Source: a virus. From it: 27,806 nt of DNA. The stretch spans positions 1 to 27,806 of IMG/VR virus record IMGVR_UViG_3300009780_000028, one strand, 5' to 3'. Made by a program: the position numbers and the translations under genes. Under the pieces are notes generated by a model. It made no database searches and was not told the origin of the DNA. It saw nothing but the letters and a program-made list of their open reading frames with translations. Below are positions 1 to 8,821 of this stretch, in pieces; within the stretch, counting starts at the first letter, position 1, and every line of letters begins with the position of its first letter.

Positions 1-2
1 GA

Positions 3-359
3 ACTCATAGCGACCATAAAAGATTTCATAATTATAAATATGAAACTTACAGTATTTTACAATTAGTTAATTTAGGTAGCATAATAGAAAATAAAGATGG
101 TAGTTTTAGTTGCCCTAAAATAACAAATGTAAAAAAAGAATGTAAATATTGCGGAAAGTCATTTTCAACAGAAAGTGGTAGCACTTATTCTTTTTGTTCG
201 CAAGAGTGTAAAAGAAATTCAAAAATAAAAAATTTACCAAGTGTTTCATATATAAGCACTTTGGTCGATTTAGGTATGGCAAATTATAAAATTGCTAAAA
301 TTTGTGAATGTACACAAAAAGTAGTTACACAAATAATCAAAGAAAATAACTTGAGATAG
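3..359 (+). CDS. C-terminal part of a small Cys-rich protein (CKYCGKSF...FCSQECK) with a helix-turn-helix-like C-terminus (...LGMANYKIAKICECTQKVVTQIIKENNLR*), truncated by window start
   Basis: Hand translation: frame open from base 3 to TAG 357-359; not in the ORF track because no start is inside the window. CxxC...CxxxC zinc-binding pattern. Confidence 0.5.
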   Translation, partial: THSDHKRFHNYKYETYSILQLVNLGSIIENKDGSFSCPKITNVKKECKYCGKSFSTESGSTYSFCSQECKRNSKIKNLPSVSYISTLVDLGMANYKIAKICECTQKVVTQIIKENNLR

Positions 360-370
360 GTGGTTAGCTA

Positions 371-1426
371 GTGAGTAAGCCTAAAATATTACAAACTGGT
401 ATAATTTCACCAGAAAATTTAGTTATACCAGAAAAAAAATTAAATCAAAAAATACAAGAAAATTTTAAGTGTACTTGCTGCGGAACAATTTACAATGTTC
501 AAGCAGGTTTCTTTAGTAAAGCCTTAAGTAATTTATATGCAGGAAATAATGGATTTATTTCAGTATGCAATGACTGTTTAAAAATGTTTCATAACGAATA
601 TAAAGCTAGTTTTAAATCAAAGAATAAAGCAACTAAGCGTATGTGTATGCACTTTGACGTATTTTACTCAGATGCTCTCGTAAAGACTGTAGATGGTTTA
701 CATTCTGGAAATTATATTATAGATTATTTTGCAAAAGCTTTACAAAAAAATAAGTCTTGGTCAGACCAAACTTATGCACATACAATTAAGCTTGATGAAA
801 ACATAAAAAATGGAAAAGAAGAATTAGATAAAGAAAGTTTTTCAGATGAACAATTGGAAGAATTGGAAAAACTTAAAGAATTTTGGGGAGTTGGATTTCC
901 AGACGAAAAATATTTTTTATTAAAAGGTTTTTATGAAAAATGGACGGAAGATTATCCAGCCGATGAACACGCTCAAAGAGTAATTTTTAAGCAACTAAGT
1001 TTTATAGAATTACAAATTCATGAAAGTATGGTTACGCAAAATGGTAAAACTACTGATTTACTAAAACAACTTTCCGATTACATGAATAGTGCAGGAATAA
1101 AGCCTAGTCAAAATAAACAATCTGCTAAAGAGTTAGACATAGCTTACTCAACTTTCATAAGTAAAATTGAAGACAAAGAACCAGTTGAAATAGGTTTAGA
1201 GAACGCTAACTTAATGAACTCAAAAAATACAATTGTACAATATATTTCCATTTGGTTTTTAGGACATCTATGTGCTATGTTAGGTTTAAAAAATAAATGG
1301 TATCATTTATACATGGAAGAATTAGAAAAATATACAGTAAAAACACCAGAAAGCTTAGAAGATAGCTTGGATGAAAATTCAGAAGAAACCTTTGAAAGCG
1401 TTTATTCTAAGTTGTTGGACGAGTGA
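371..1426 (+). CDS. Phage protein with N-terminal zinc ribbon (CTCC...CNDC), located directly upstream of terminase large subunit; possible small-terminase-like/accessory packaging protein
   Basis: 351-aa ORF, GTG start, TGATG overlap with the terminase start; CxxC-x(n)-CxxC motif; position upstream of terL. Confidence 0.45.
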   Translation: MSKPKILQTGIISPENLVIPEKKLNQKIQENFKCTCCGTIYNVQAGFFSKALSNLYAGNNGFISVCNDCLKMFHNEYKASFKSKNKATKRMCMHFDVFYSDALVKTVDGLHSGNYIIDYFAKALQKNKSWSDQTYAHTIKLDENIKNGKEELDKESFSDEQLEELEKLKEFWGVGFPDEKYFLLKGFYEKWTEDYPADEHAQRVIFKQLSFIELQIHESMVTQNGKTTDLLKQLSDYMNSAGIKPSQNKQSAKELDIAYSTFISKIEDKEPVEIGLENANLMNSKNTIVQYISIWFLGHLCAMLGLKNKWYHLYMEELEKYTVKTPESLEDSLDENSEETFESVYSKLLDE

Positions 1427-2253
1427 TGGCTATGACAAAAACAAAAGAAATAAAACAAACTTTACAAGCTAAAAAATCAGCTTTTGAAAAAGATAAGTTC
1501 ATGATGAAAACTAAAAAATGGACTTATTATTATAGAAATAATTTACATAAGTTTTGCGAAGATTATTTAAATATTAATTACTTAAAGCTTTTTCAAATTA
1601 TTTTACTTACGATGATGGATTTTAGTAACCATTTTATGTTTATTGCGTCTCGTGGTCTTGGTAAAACTTTCTTAGTTGCATTGTATTGTGTTTGTAGATG
1701 TGTTCTATATCCAGGCACAAAAATAATTGTAGCATCTGGAAATTTAAACCAAGCAAAAGAAATAATAGGTAAAATAGAAAAAGAATTTATTCCTAAATCT
1801 CCACTATTGAATATGGAAATAAAAAAGATAAACACTACTGGTAGTCCCTATGTGTTGTTTGGAAATGGTAGCTTTATTGAAGCTGTAGCTAGTAACCAAG
1901 GAGCACGTAGTAGAAGGGCACATATAATTATAGTCGATGAGTTTAGGTTAGTTCCTAAAGACATCATAGAAATGGTTTTAAAGCGTTTTATAGCTAGTGA
2001 AAGAACTCCAGGCTTTATGAGTACTCCAGAATATAAAAACGAAAAAGAAAAATATATAGAGAGAAACAAAGAATTTTACATGACTTCTGCATGGTTTAAA
2101 AATCATTGGAGTTGGTTAAGTTTATTAAGTTACGCTAAAAATTTAATAAGCGATAAAAAATATTTCTTATGTGCTTTTCCTTATCAAATGGCTATTAAAG
2201 AAGGTCTTTTGAATAAGGAACAAGTTGAAGAGGTAACGAACAGTTACAAATAA
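1426..2253 (+). CDS. terL: Terminase large subunit, N-terminal ATPase portion (5' exon of interrupted gene)
   Basis: Walker A-like 'ASRGLGKTFLV' and Walker B 'IIIVDEFR', then 'SA..KNHWSW'. ORF stops abruptly at TAA 2251-2253 inside the group I intron/TnpB element. Likely start ATG 1426, coupled to the preceding stop (TGATG). Confidence 0.87.
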   Translation: MAMTKTKEIKQTLQAKKSAFEKDKFMMKTKKWTYYYRNNLHKFCEDYLNINYLKLFQIILLTMMDFSNHFMFIASRGLGKTFLVALYCVCRCVLYPGTKIIVASGNLNQAKEIIGKIEKEFIPKSPLLNMEIKKINTTGSPYVLFGNGSFIEAVASNQGARSRRAHIIIVDEFRLVPKDIIEMVLKRFIASERTPGFMSTPEYKNEKEKYIERNKEFYMTSAWFKNHWSWLSLLSYAKNLISDKKYFLCAFPYQMAIKEGLLNKEQVEEVTNSYK

Positions 2254-2254
2254 G

Positions 2255-2270
2255 TTATAAAAAGTTATAA
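2255..2270 (+). repeat. Left copy of near-terminal inverted repeat TTATAAAAAGTTATAA
   Basis: Perfect 16-nt reverse complement of 4115-4130. Confidence 0.8.
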
Positions 2271-2289
2271 AATAAAATTATTTTATAAT

Positions 2290-2720
2290 AAACTTAGAAA
2301 ATTGTTGACAGCCTCCTATATTCAGAGATGAGTATAGAGCGATAGATAAACGTAAAATAATCTATCCAAAACTCCTTTAACTTTTGGAAACCCCTAAAGC
2401 TAATTAAACTACAACGTAACCATGAAATATAGGTAAGCGTGAATGTGACGAAAGTAGAAAAAATTAATTAGATGGTGCATGGTTAAATCCTAAACACTGT
2501 AATAATGGGCAATCAAAAGCCAAGACTCGAATAGAGTAAGGTTTAACGACTATTCCGTAAGGAAGTACACTCAAGTGGGTGGAAATGGGGAGCATCCTAA
2601 AAATAGGATGATGATATAGTCTACGCTTATATGAAAATATAAGAAGTTCATAAGGTCTACAAGCCTTTGAGAACTGGTAAATGCTAACGACATTTATTGA
2701 ATATACATAAAACTTGTAGG
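2290..2720 (+). ncRNA. Group I self-splicing intron catalytic core
   Basis: P/Q-like 'AATGGGCAATCAAAAGCCAAG' (~2503-2523); R-like 'TTTAACGACTATTCC' (~2542-2555); S-like 'GATATAGTCTACG' (~2613-2625). P7 pairs GACTA 2548-2552 with TAGTC 2617-2621; P8 hairpin CATCCTA 2593-2599 / TAGGATG 2604-2610; P9-like hairpin CTTATAT gaaa ATATAAG ~2626-2643; TTCC-GTAA-GGAA hairpin ~2553-2564. Confidence 0.85.
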
Positions 2721-2841
2721 AAGTTATAAATTTAATTTAATATTTTTAGTGGGACAGTGGTTAGCTACCATTTCTATTTGCTGTTACAAATAGATTACCA
2801 CTATTAAATATACCAACTTTTAACAGAAAGGAGGTAGGGAA

Positions 2842-3998
2842 ATGACAAAATCAATACGTATTAGATTGTTGCCAAATCAAGAACAAGAACAATTATTATG
2901 GAAACATACAAATGCAAGCAGATTTATTTGGAATTGGGGTTTATCATATCAAGAAAAATTATTTAAAATTGGAGAAAAACATTTAAGCGGATATAGTCTA
3001 AAAAAAGTTTTAACACAGTTAAAAAAAAAGAAGAAGATTATAAATGGTTAAATGAGGTTTCATCTCAAACTCTGGGAAATACAATTTTAGATTTAGATGA
3101 TGCTTATAAAAGATTTTTTAATAAAATATCAAAAAGACCCAAGTTTAAGAAAAAATCTAAAGTAAAACCAAAATTTCCAGTAAGAACAGATTGTATTTAT
3201 TTTATTAATGATTGCGTAAATATTGAAAAAATCGGGAAAATTAAATTCCAAACTAATTATATTTTACCACAAGGAAAAAATGTGTGTAAATTTAATAATC
3301 CTAGAATTTGTTTTGAAAATAATAAATGGATTTTAAGCTTTGGAGTTGAATGTGAAAAGCAAGCAGTTGAATTAAACGATTTTTCATTAGGAATTGATTT
3401 GGGAGTGAAAACTCTAGCTGTAGTATCTTTTGGAGATAAAAGTGCTGTTTTTAAAAATATTAATAAGACAAAAAGAATTAAAAATTTAAAAAGAAAATTA
3501 AAACATTTACAAAGAAAAGTTAGTCGCAAATATCATACTAATAATAAAAATAATAAATATGAAAGTAAATGGTTTAAATCTAAAAATATTTTAAAAACAG
3601 AAGAACAAATAAAAAAGATATATGCTAAAATTTCTAACATTAGAAAAGATTATGTTCATCAAACTACACGTAGTTTAGTAAATTTACTACCTAAAAGAGT
3701 GGTAATGGAAGATTTAAATATAAGTGGAACGATGAAAAATAGACATCTTTCTAAAGCTATACAAGAACAATGTTTTTATGAATTTATAAGACAAATGAAA
3801 TACAAGTGTGAATATTTAAATATCGAATTTATTCAAGCTGATAGATTTTATCCTTCAAGTAAAACTTGTAGTAATTGTGGTTCTATTAAAAAAGATTTAA
3901 AATTAAAACATAGAACTTACGTTTGTGAACATTGTAAAATTGTATTAGATAGAGATTTAAATGCAGCTATAAATTTAGCTAATTATTCTAAAGTTTAA
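2842..3998 (+). CDS. tnpB: TnpB (IS605-family RuvC-like RNA-guided nuclease), reading frame split by an apparent -1 shift at an A9 run (3021-3029)
   Basis: N-terminal 'MTKSIRIRLLPNQEQEQLLWKHTNASRFIWNWGL' (2842..), C-terminal 'LGIDLGVKTLAVVS', 'RVVMEDLNI', zinc ribbon 'CSNCGS...CEHC', 'LDRDLNAAINLAN'. I hand-translated frame 0 from 3030 through 3282: it is open (EEDYKWLNEVSSQTLGNTILDLDDAYKRFFNKISKRPKFKKKSKVKPKFPVRTDCIYFINDCVNIEKIGKIKFQTNYILPQGKN...) and continuous with the 3282-3998 ORF. SD AAAGGAGGTAGGGAA ATG. Confidence 0.92.
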
Positions 3999-4138
3999 AT
4001 TGAAAAACTTTAGTCTTAAGGATTTCGTTATATCCTTGAATGCTGTGGAGTGTTATATCAAATGAGAGTAGCTTATGCAAAATCAGACACTATGAAGCAG
4101 CGAATAAATTAAGCTTATAACTTTTTATAAGTTTTATG
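3999..4138 (+). ncRNA. Candidate omegaRNA (reRNA) scaffold at the right end of the tnpB element
   Basis: Immediately 3' of tnpB to the element end. Local hairpin AAGGAT 4018-4023 / ATCCTT 4032-4037; nested pairings GCTG 4042-4045 / CAGC 4098-4101 and AGTGT 4049-4053 / ACACT 4087-4091. Confidence 0.55.
4115..4130 (-). repeat. Right copy of near-terminal inverted repeat (TTATAACTTTTTATAA on + strand)
   Basis: Perfect 16-nt reverse complement of 2255-2270. Confidence 0.8.
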
Positions 4139-5130
4139 TAACGGAGATGAGTGAGGGTACTTTTAACCAAGTTGTTTTTGAAATGGAAATGGAAACAAAA
4201 TGGTTTGGACAAGGTAAAGACGCTTTCTTCCAATATGATGAAATTGTAAGCTGTAGAAATTCTACTGATATTGCTTATGTTTATAAAGATATAAAATATG
4301 TTGGTAAAGCTATAAAAGTTTTAGAAAAAGAAAAAGATAGTTTTAGAGTTCTTGCTATAGATATAGCAGTTATGGCAGCAAAAAAAGATAAGAAAAATAA
4401 AAACGATGCTTCATCAATTACTGTAATTGAATTTAAAAAGAATAAGAATAAAATTCAAAAGAAAGTAATTTACCTTGAAAACTTTGATGGAAAACATGGA
4501 AAACTTCAAGCTTTGAAAGTTAGACAACTAGAAAAACAATTAGAAATAGATTATATTGCAATTGATAAAAATGGTGTTGGTAATGGCATATTAGACTACT
4601 TACTAGAAGATATAACTGATGAAAAAACAGGTGAAATCTACTATGCTACAAACTGTATGAATAATCAAGTTATAGCAGATAAATATTTAGGTAGTAATAG
4701 ATTTCCTGTAAAAAATATTTATGCTGTGGATACAACTCCAGCCGCTAACTCTAATTATGCTTTCAAATTAAAAGATGCAATAAATTCTAATATTTTAAAA
4801 TTACCACTTACTGAAAAAGCTTTCGATGAATTAATGCAAAATAACAAAGAATACCAAAAACTAAATGAAAGTCAAAAGTTAATTTTAAAACTACCATATA
4901 TTCAAACTACTTTACTTCAAAACGAACTATTGGGGTTGAATGGAACAGTAGACGGTAATTTATTGAAAATCAAAGAAAGTTCAACAGCTAGAAAAGATAG
5001 ATATTCTTCTCTTGCTTATGCTAATTTCTTTTGTGATTTTTTACTTGGCGATAAAAAAATTAGAAGAAATAGCGAAGACAAAAAAGAGAAAAGAGAGTTA
5101 TTGTTTAGACAACCAAAATTAAGAAAATAA
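4139..5130 (+). CDS. terL: Terminase large subunit, C-terminal nuclease portion (3' exon of interrupted gene)
   Basis: Begins ...(V)TEMSEGTFNQVVFEMEM, the usual linker/nuclease transition; nuclease-like 'VLAIDIAVMAAKK..DAS' and 'IDKNGVGNGILDYLLE'. Same strand as the N-terminal part, immediately followed by portal. Internal ATG at 4147 is the track's start, but this is probably an exon and not an independent gene. Confidence 0.85.
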
Positions 5131-5150
5131 AGACGAAAGTTGGTGAGATT

Positions 5151-6653
5151 GTGCCACAAAAACTTTCCAAAGAAAAAGAAAAAAAAATAAATCCTAGCAG
5201 ACTAGTTAGTGGATTTTCACCAACAGGTAGTAAATATAATATTTATGCATATGATAAAAAAGCTTTAAATAGTAAAATTGGTTTTGCTAATTTAATTGAC
5301 AATGGGTTAATTCCCTTAAATGCTAGTACATTTAATTATTTAGACTCATCATTAAAAACTTATACCAAAGAAAATATTGAAAGTTTTATAAAAAATATTA
5401 CTTCTGAAAATTCACAAAAGGAATTAAGAAAAGCTAGTAGATATATGTATGTTACTGTTTTGCAATATCAAACATTAATTAACTATATGGCTAATTTACA
5501 TTATTTAGCATATACTATAGCCCCATTTAAATTTTCTAGAGATAAGTTGAATGAAAAAGCTTTTACAGCTGGATATGATAAAACTTGTAACTTTTTAGAA
5601 ATTTTCAATATAAAACATATAGTTAGAATAATGACTAAATATTGCTTAGTTGAAGATGTGTTTTATGGTTATAAGTACCAAACAAAAGATAGTTTAACAA
5701 TTAAAAGATTAAATCCAGATTTTTGCAGATTAAGTAGAAAAGTTGATGACTGTTATAAATTTAGTTTTGATTTTGAATATTTTTCTTCTAAGAAAGATGA
5801 ATTAGAATTATTTGGAGACGAGTTTATAAGGCGTTATCAAGATTATTTAAATAAAACTGCAACTAGATGGCAAGAATTAGATATAAATAACCAAATATGC
5901 TTAAAGTTTATGGAAAATATTCCTTATCCAGTAGTACCTTTTACAGGGGCGATGACAAGCGTTTTTGATATTGAAGATTATAAAGCTTTAGCTAAATCTA
6001 AAACTGAAATGGATAATTATAAAATTCTTGGATTAGAAATTCCTATTGATGAAAATGGTGAATATAAGCTGTTAGATAAAGATATTGAAGATTATTATGC
6101 TTCTCTATGTAATGTTTTACCAGATAATATTGGTGCTTTTGTTAGTGCTATGAAAGTGAATGAATTTTCATTTGAGAAAACAGCTAATAAAAATTCCGAT
6201 AAAATTGCAGAAGCTCAAAGAAATTTCTGGAATGATGTAGGTATAAGTTCTTTATTATTTGGTGGTGACACCCAAAACAAAGATATCATGAAAAATTCCA
6301 TAAATAGTGATGAAGGCATAATGTTTAGTTTTATGAAACAGGTTGAAAGAAATATTAATCTATTTTTGAAACAACTTAGTGGAACACAAAAATTTAAAAT
6401 TACATTTATAGACGCTAGTATTTATAATAAGAATGATAATTTTAATCAAGCCTTAAAAGCAGCACAATATGGATTGCCTACAATTTCACAATTGTTTGCT
6501 TTATTAGGATATGAGCCTTACGACTTACAATCAATGAATTTTCTTGAAGACGAGATTCTTAAATTAAAAGAAAAATTAATTCCTTTATCTTCAAGTTTTA
6601 CACAAACAGGCAGACCTGCAAACACAGAAACAGGCGGTGATACTAGTGAATAA
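5151..6653 (+). CDS. Portal protein
   Basis: 500 aa, directly after terminase and before protease/scaffold and capsid genes; GTG start with GTTGGTGAG upstream; overall portal-like composition and position. Confidence 0.75.
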   Translation: MPQKLSKEKEKKINPSRLVSGFSPTGSKYNIYAYDKKALNSKIGFANLIDNGLIPLNASTFNYLDSSLKTYTKENIESFIKNITSENSQKELRKASRYMYVTVLQYQTLINYMANLHYLAYTIAPFKFSRDKLNEKAFTAGYDKTCNFLEIFNIKHIVRIMTKYCLVEDVFYGYKYQTKDSLTIKRLNPDFCRLSRKVDDCYKFSFDFEYFSSKKDELELFGDEFIRRYQDYLNKTATRWQELDINNQICLKFMENIPYPVVPFTGAMTSVFDIEDYKALAKSKTEMDNYKILGLEIPIDENGEYKLLDKDIEDYYASLCNVLPDNIGAFVSAMKVNEFSFEKTANKNSDKIAEAQRNFWNDVGISSLLFGGDTQNKDIMKNSINSDEGIMFSFMKQVERNINLFLKQLSGTQKFKITFIDASIYNKNDNFNQALKAAQYGLPTISQLFALLGYEPYDLQSMNFLEDEILKLKEKLIPLSSSFTQTGRPANTETGGDTSE

Positions 6654-6840
6654 AGATTTATTTATTATAACTAAAGATGAAGATACCTATTTAAAATTAA
6701 GTAAAGCAGGATATATTTTACTTAACACAAGTTTCAAAAAGAATGAAAATACATATATTTTTTTAGATAGCAATGGTAAATTTTCAAAAGAAAACAACAA
6801 TTATCCTAAAGCTTACATAACAAGTAAGCTTTGTATGTAA
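6646..6840 (+). CDS. Small protein of unknown function
   Basis: ORF in the gap between portal and protease/scaffold; GTG start at 6637 or 6646, overlapping portal end. Confidence 0.5.
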   Translation: MNKDLFIITKDEDTYLKLSKAGYILLNTSFKKNENTYIFLDSNGKFSKENNNYPKAYITSKLCM

Positions 6841-6853
6841 GGTCGGTGAAATA

Positions 6854-8281
6854 ATGTCAAGAGAAATAGTGTCTATAACAACTATAGAAAACAAATTTAC
6901 AATCCAAGAAAATATTGAAATGGCAGATAATTCACCAGAACTTATGGATTATGGTTATATTGATATTGCTTATACAGGATTAAATAGAAATGATTTTATT
7001 ATAAGTGAAGAAACTTTTGAAAATTCTTTAAAAACAATCCACGGTATTCCTGTAGTTGTTAACTATAATATAGAAAGTAATACCATAGGAGAACACGACG
7101 AACTTGTAATTCTTAACAAAGAAAATAAAATAGAAAATATTATTAATCTTACTCAAGGTATTGGATTTGTTCCACCTAATCCTAAATTAGAATGGGTTGA
7201 ATTTAAAGAAGATAATGGTGAAATTAAAAAATATTTAAGAACAGAAGTTTTTATTTGGAAAAGAATGATGGGTTATGATTATATCAAAGAAAAAGAATTT
7301 ACCAATCAAAGTATGGAAATTCATATAGCCACAGGGAAAAAAGACAAAAACAAAGCATTTGAAATAACAGAGTTTGAATGGGAAGCTTTATGCTTGCTTG
7401 AAGATGATGTTGAGCCATGTTATGAAAATGCAAAGTTAGATTTGAATTTTAGCAAACTTACTGCAAAAATTCAAATGAGCTTAGAAAATAAGAAAGAGAG
7501 TGAAAAGATGAGTGAAAAAACAAACTCTAATTTAGAGACACCTGTAGTAGAGCCTGTGCTTGAACCTATAGTTGAGCCAATAGAAGATAATACTAAAACA
7601 ATATCTAGTTTAGAAACACCTATAGTTGAACCAGTAGTTAATGAAACTCCTGTAGAGCCTACGCAAGAAAAATCAACATTTGCCTTAGCTTATGAAGATA
7701 AGAAAAATAAGTTAATAGCACTATTGCCTAGAGTTGGATATGATACGTACGCATATATTACACAAACTTTTGATACTTATATTGTTTATGAAATATACGG
7801 TTGGAGTAGAGATAATGTTTATTTTTCTAATTTCTATAAAGTTTCATATACAGAAACAGATGGAAATTTTGTATTAGGCGACGATACAGTTGAAGTTTTT
7901 TTAACCTATGCAACCAAAGAAGAAATTGATGCAATGGACACACAGAGAGCTTCGTTTGCTTTATACAAGGAGAAAGCAATTAAATATGACAATTTTATTC
8001 TAGAGTTAGAAAAATCAGAAAAAGAAAAAATTGTAAACAAATATGAAAATATTTGCAATAAAGAAAAGTTTTCTTTTATTAAAGCAGAAGTTGATAAATT
8101 GAGTAAAGACGAATTAGAAGTAAAATGTAAAATTTGTTACGCTGATACTTGCTTAGAAACTCAAACATCAAAAACAAAAGAAACATTTGCAAACACACCA
8201 AAAGAAGAAAATTTCGCATCTACATCAATAGATAATTCTGATGATGATGGATATAGAGGAATTTTTAGTTTAATTAAATAA
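6854..8281 (+). CDS. Prohead protease/scaffold-like protein
   Basis: 475 aa, between portal and capsid genes. N-terminal domain with 'TIHGIPVVVNYNIES..IGEHD' and '..FTNQSMEIHIATGKK...FEITEFEWEALCLL', P-V-E-P-rich linker, acidic coiled C-terminal part. Confidence 0.6.
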   Translation: MSREIVSITTIENKFTIQENIEMADNSPELMDYGYIDIAYTGLNRNDFIISEETFENSLKTIHGIPVVVNYNIESNTIGEHDELVILNKENKIENIINLTQGIGFVPPNPKLEWVEFKEDNGEIKKYLRTEVFIWKRMMGYDYIKEKEFTNQSMEIHIATGKKDKNKAFEITEFEWEALCLLEDDVEPCYENAKLDLNFSKLTAKIQMSLENKKESEKMSEKTNSNLETPVVEPVLEPIVEPIEDNTKTISSLETPIVEPVVNETPVEPTQEKSTFALAYEDKKNKLIALLPRVGYDTYAYITQTFDTYIVYEIYGWSRDNVYFSNFYKVSYTETDGNFVLGDDTVEVFLTYATKEEIDAMDTQRASFALYKEKAIKYDNFILELEKSEKEKIVNKYENICNKEKFSFIKAEVDKLSKDELEVKCKICYADTCLETQTSKTKETFANTPKEENFASTSIDNSDDDGYRGIFSLIK

Positions 8282-8303
8282 TTATTTTTAAAGGAGAATT
8301 AAT

Positions 8304-8795
8304 ATGGCTTATACAGTATTTTTAAAAGAAGATATGGCAGGTCAAGTTCTTACTAGCAAATTAAAAGCTGGAAGATACCTACCATCTGGCACAGCAACAG
8401 CACTTGAAAATGGTGCAATCGTTCAAATTGGAGCACTTATTAGCGGACAGAGAGAATTACATACGCTAACAAATCCTACAACTTCATTAACACTAAATCA
8501 AGTTGGTATAGTTTATAATCCAGAAGTAATCGTAGATAAAGCTACATCTTATAACCAAGATGAATTTAGAAATCTAGCAGGTGCTAACTTAAGAGTTTAT
8601 CAACTTGAAAAAGGCGATAGATTTGCTTTAACTGTAGAGGGATTTACAGCAACTCCAACAGTAGGTCAGTATGCTTGCGTTGGTGCTACACCTAAAATCG
8701 TTCCTGCTGCTGCAGAGGGTACAGGTGCTACAATTGGCATAATAAAAGAGATTTTCACTTTAGGCGGAAAAACTTTTTATTCAATCGAAGTTTAA
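8304..8795 (+). CDS. Head decoration/stabilisation-like protein
   Basis: 163 aa, immediately upstream of the major capsid gene, canonical SD AAAGGAGAATTAAT ATG; 'KAGRYLPSGTATALENGAIVQIG'. Confidence 0.5.
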   Translation: MAYTVFLKEDMAGQVLTSKLKAGRYLPSGTATALENGAIVQIGALISGQRELHTLTNPTTSLTLNQVGIVYNPEVIVDKATSYNQDEFRNLAGANLRVYQLEKGDRFALTVEGFTATPTVGQYACVGATPKIVPAAAEGTGATIGIIKEIFTLGGKTFYSIEV

Positions 8796-8821
8796 TAAAT
8801 AAAAACAAGGAGAATTAAAAT

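Larger units (their letters stand above)
2252..4138 (+). mobile_element. IStron: chimeric element of a 5' group I intron and a 3' IS605-family tnpB module, inserted in the terminase large subunit gene (boundaries approximate, +/-10 nt)
   Basis: Interrupts one recognisable protein; contains group I core motifs (2505-2645), a tnpB gene (2842-3998), no tnpA, a structured RNA 3' of tnpB, and near-terminal inverted repeats. Confidence 0.85.

Noticed and set aside
1593-2069. Antisense ORFs 1593-1835 and 1848-2069
   Set aside because: They lie inside the well-supported terminase ATPase exon, lack plausible starts or SD, and encode non-descript hydrophobic sequence.
3257-3529. Antisense ORF inside tnpB
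   Set aside because: Shadow ORF of a clear TnpB coding region.
4147-5130. Terminase C-terminal ORF as an independent gene starting at ATG 4147
   Set aside because: No SD before 4147, frame open upstream through the presumed 3' splice region, and the sequence begins in the middle of a terminase domain. Exon interpretation preferred.
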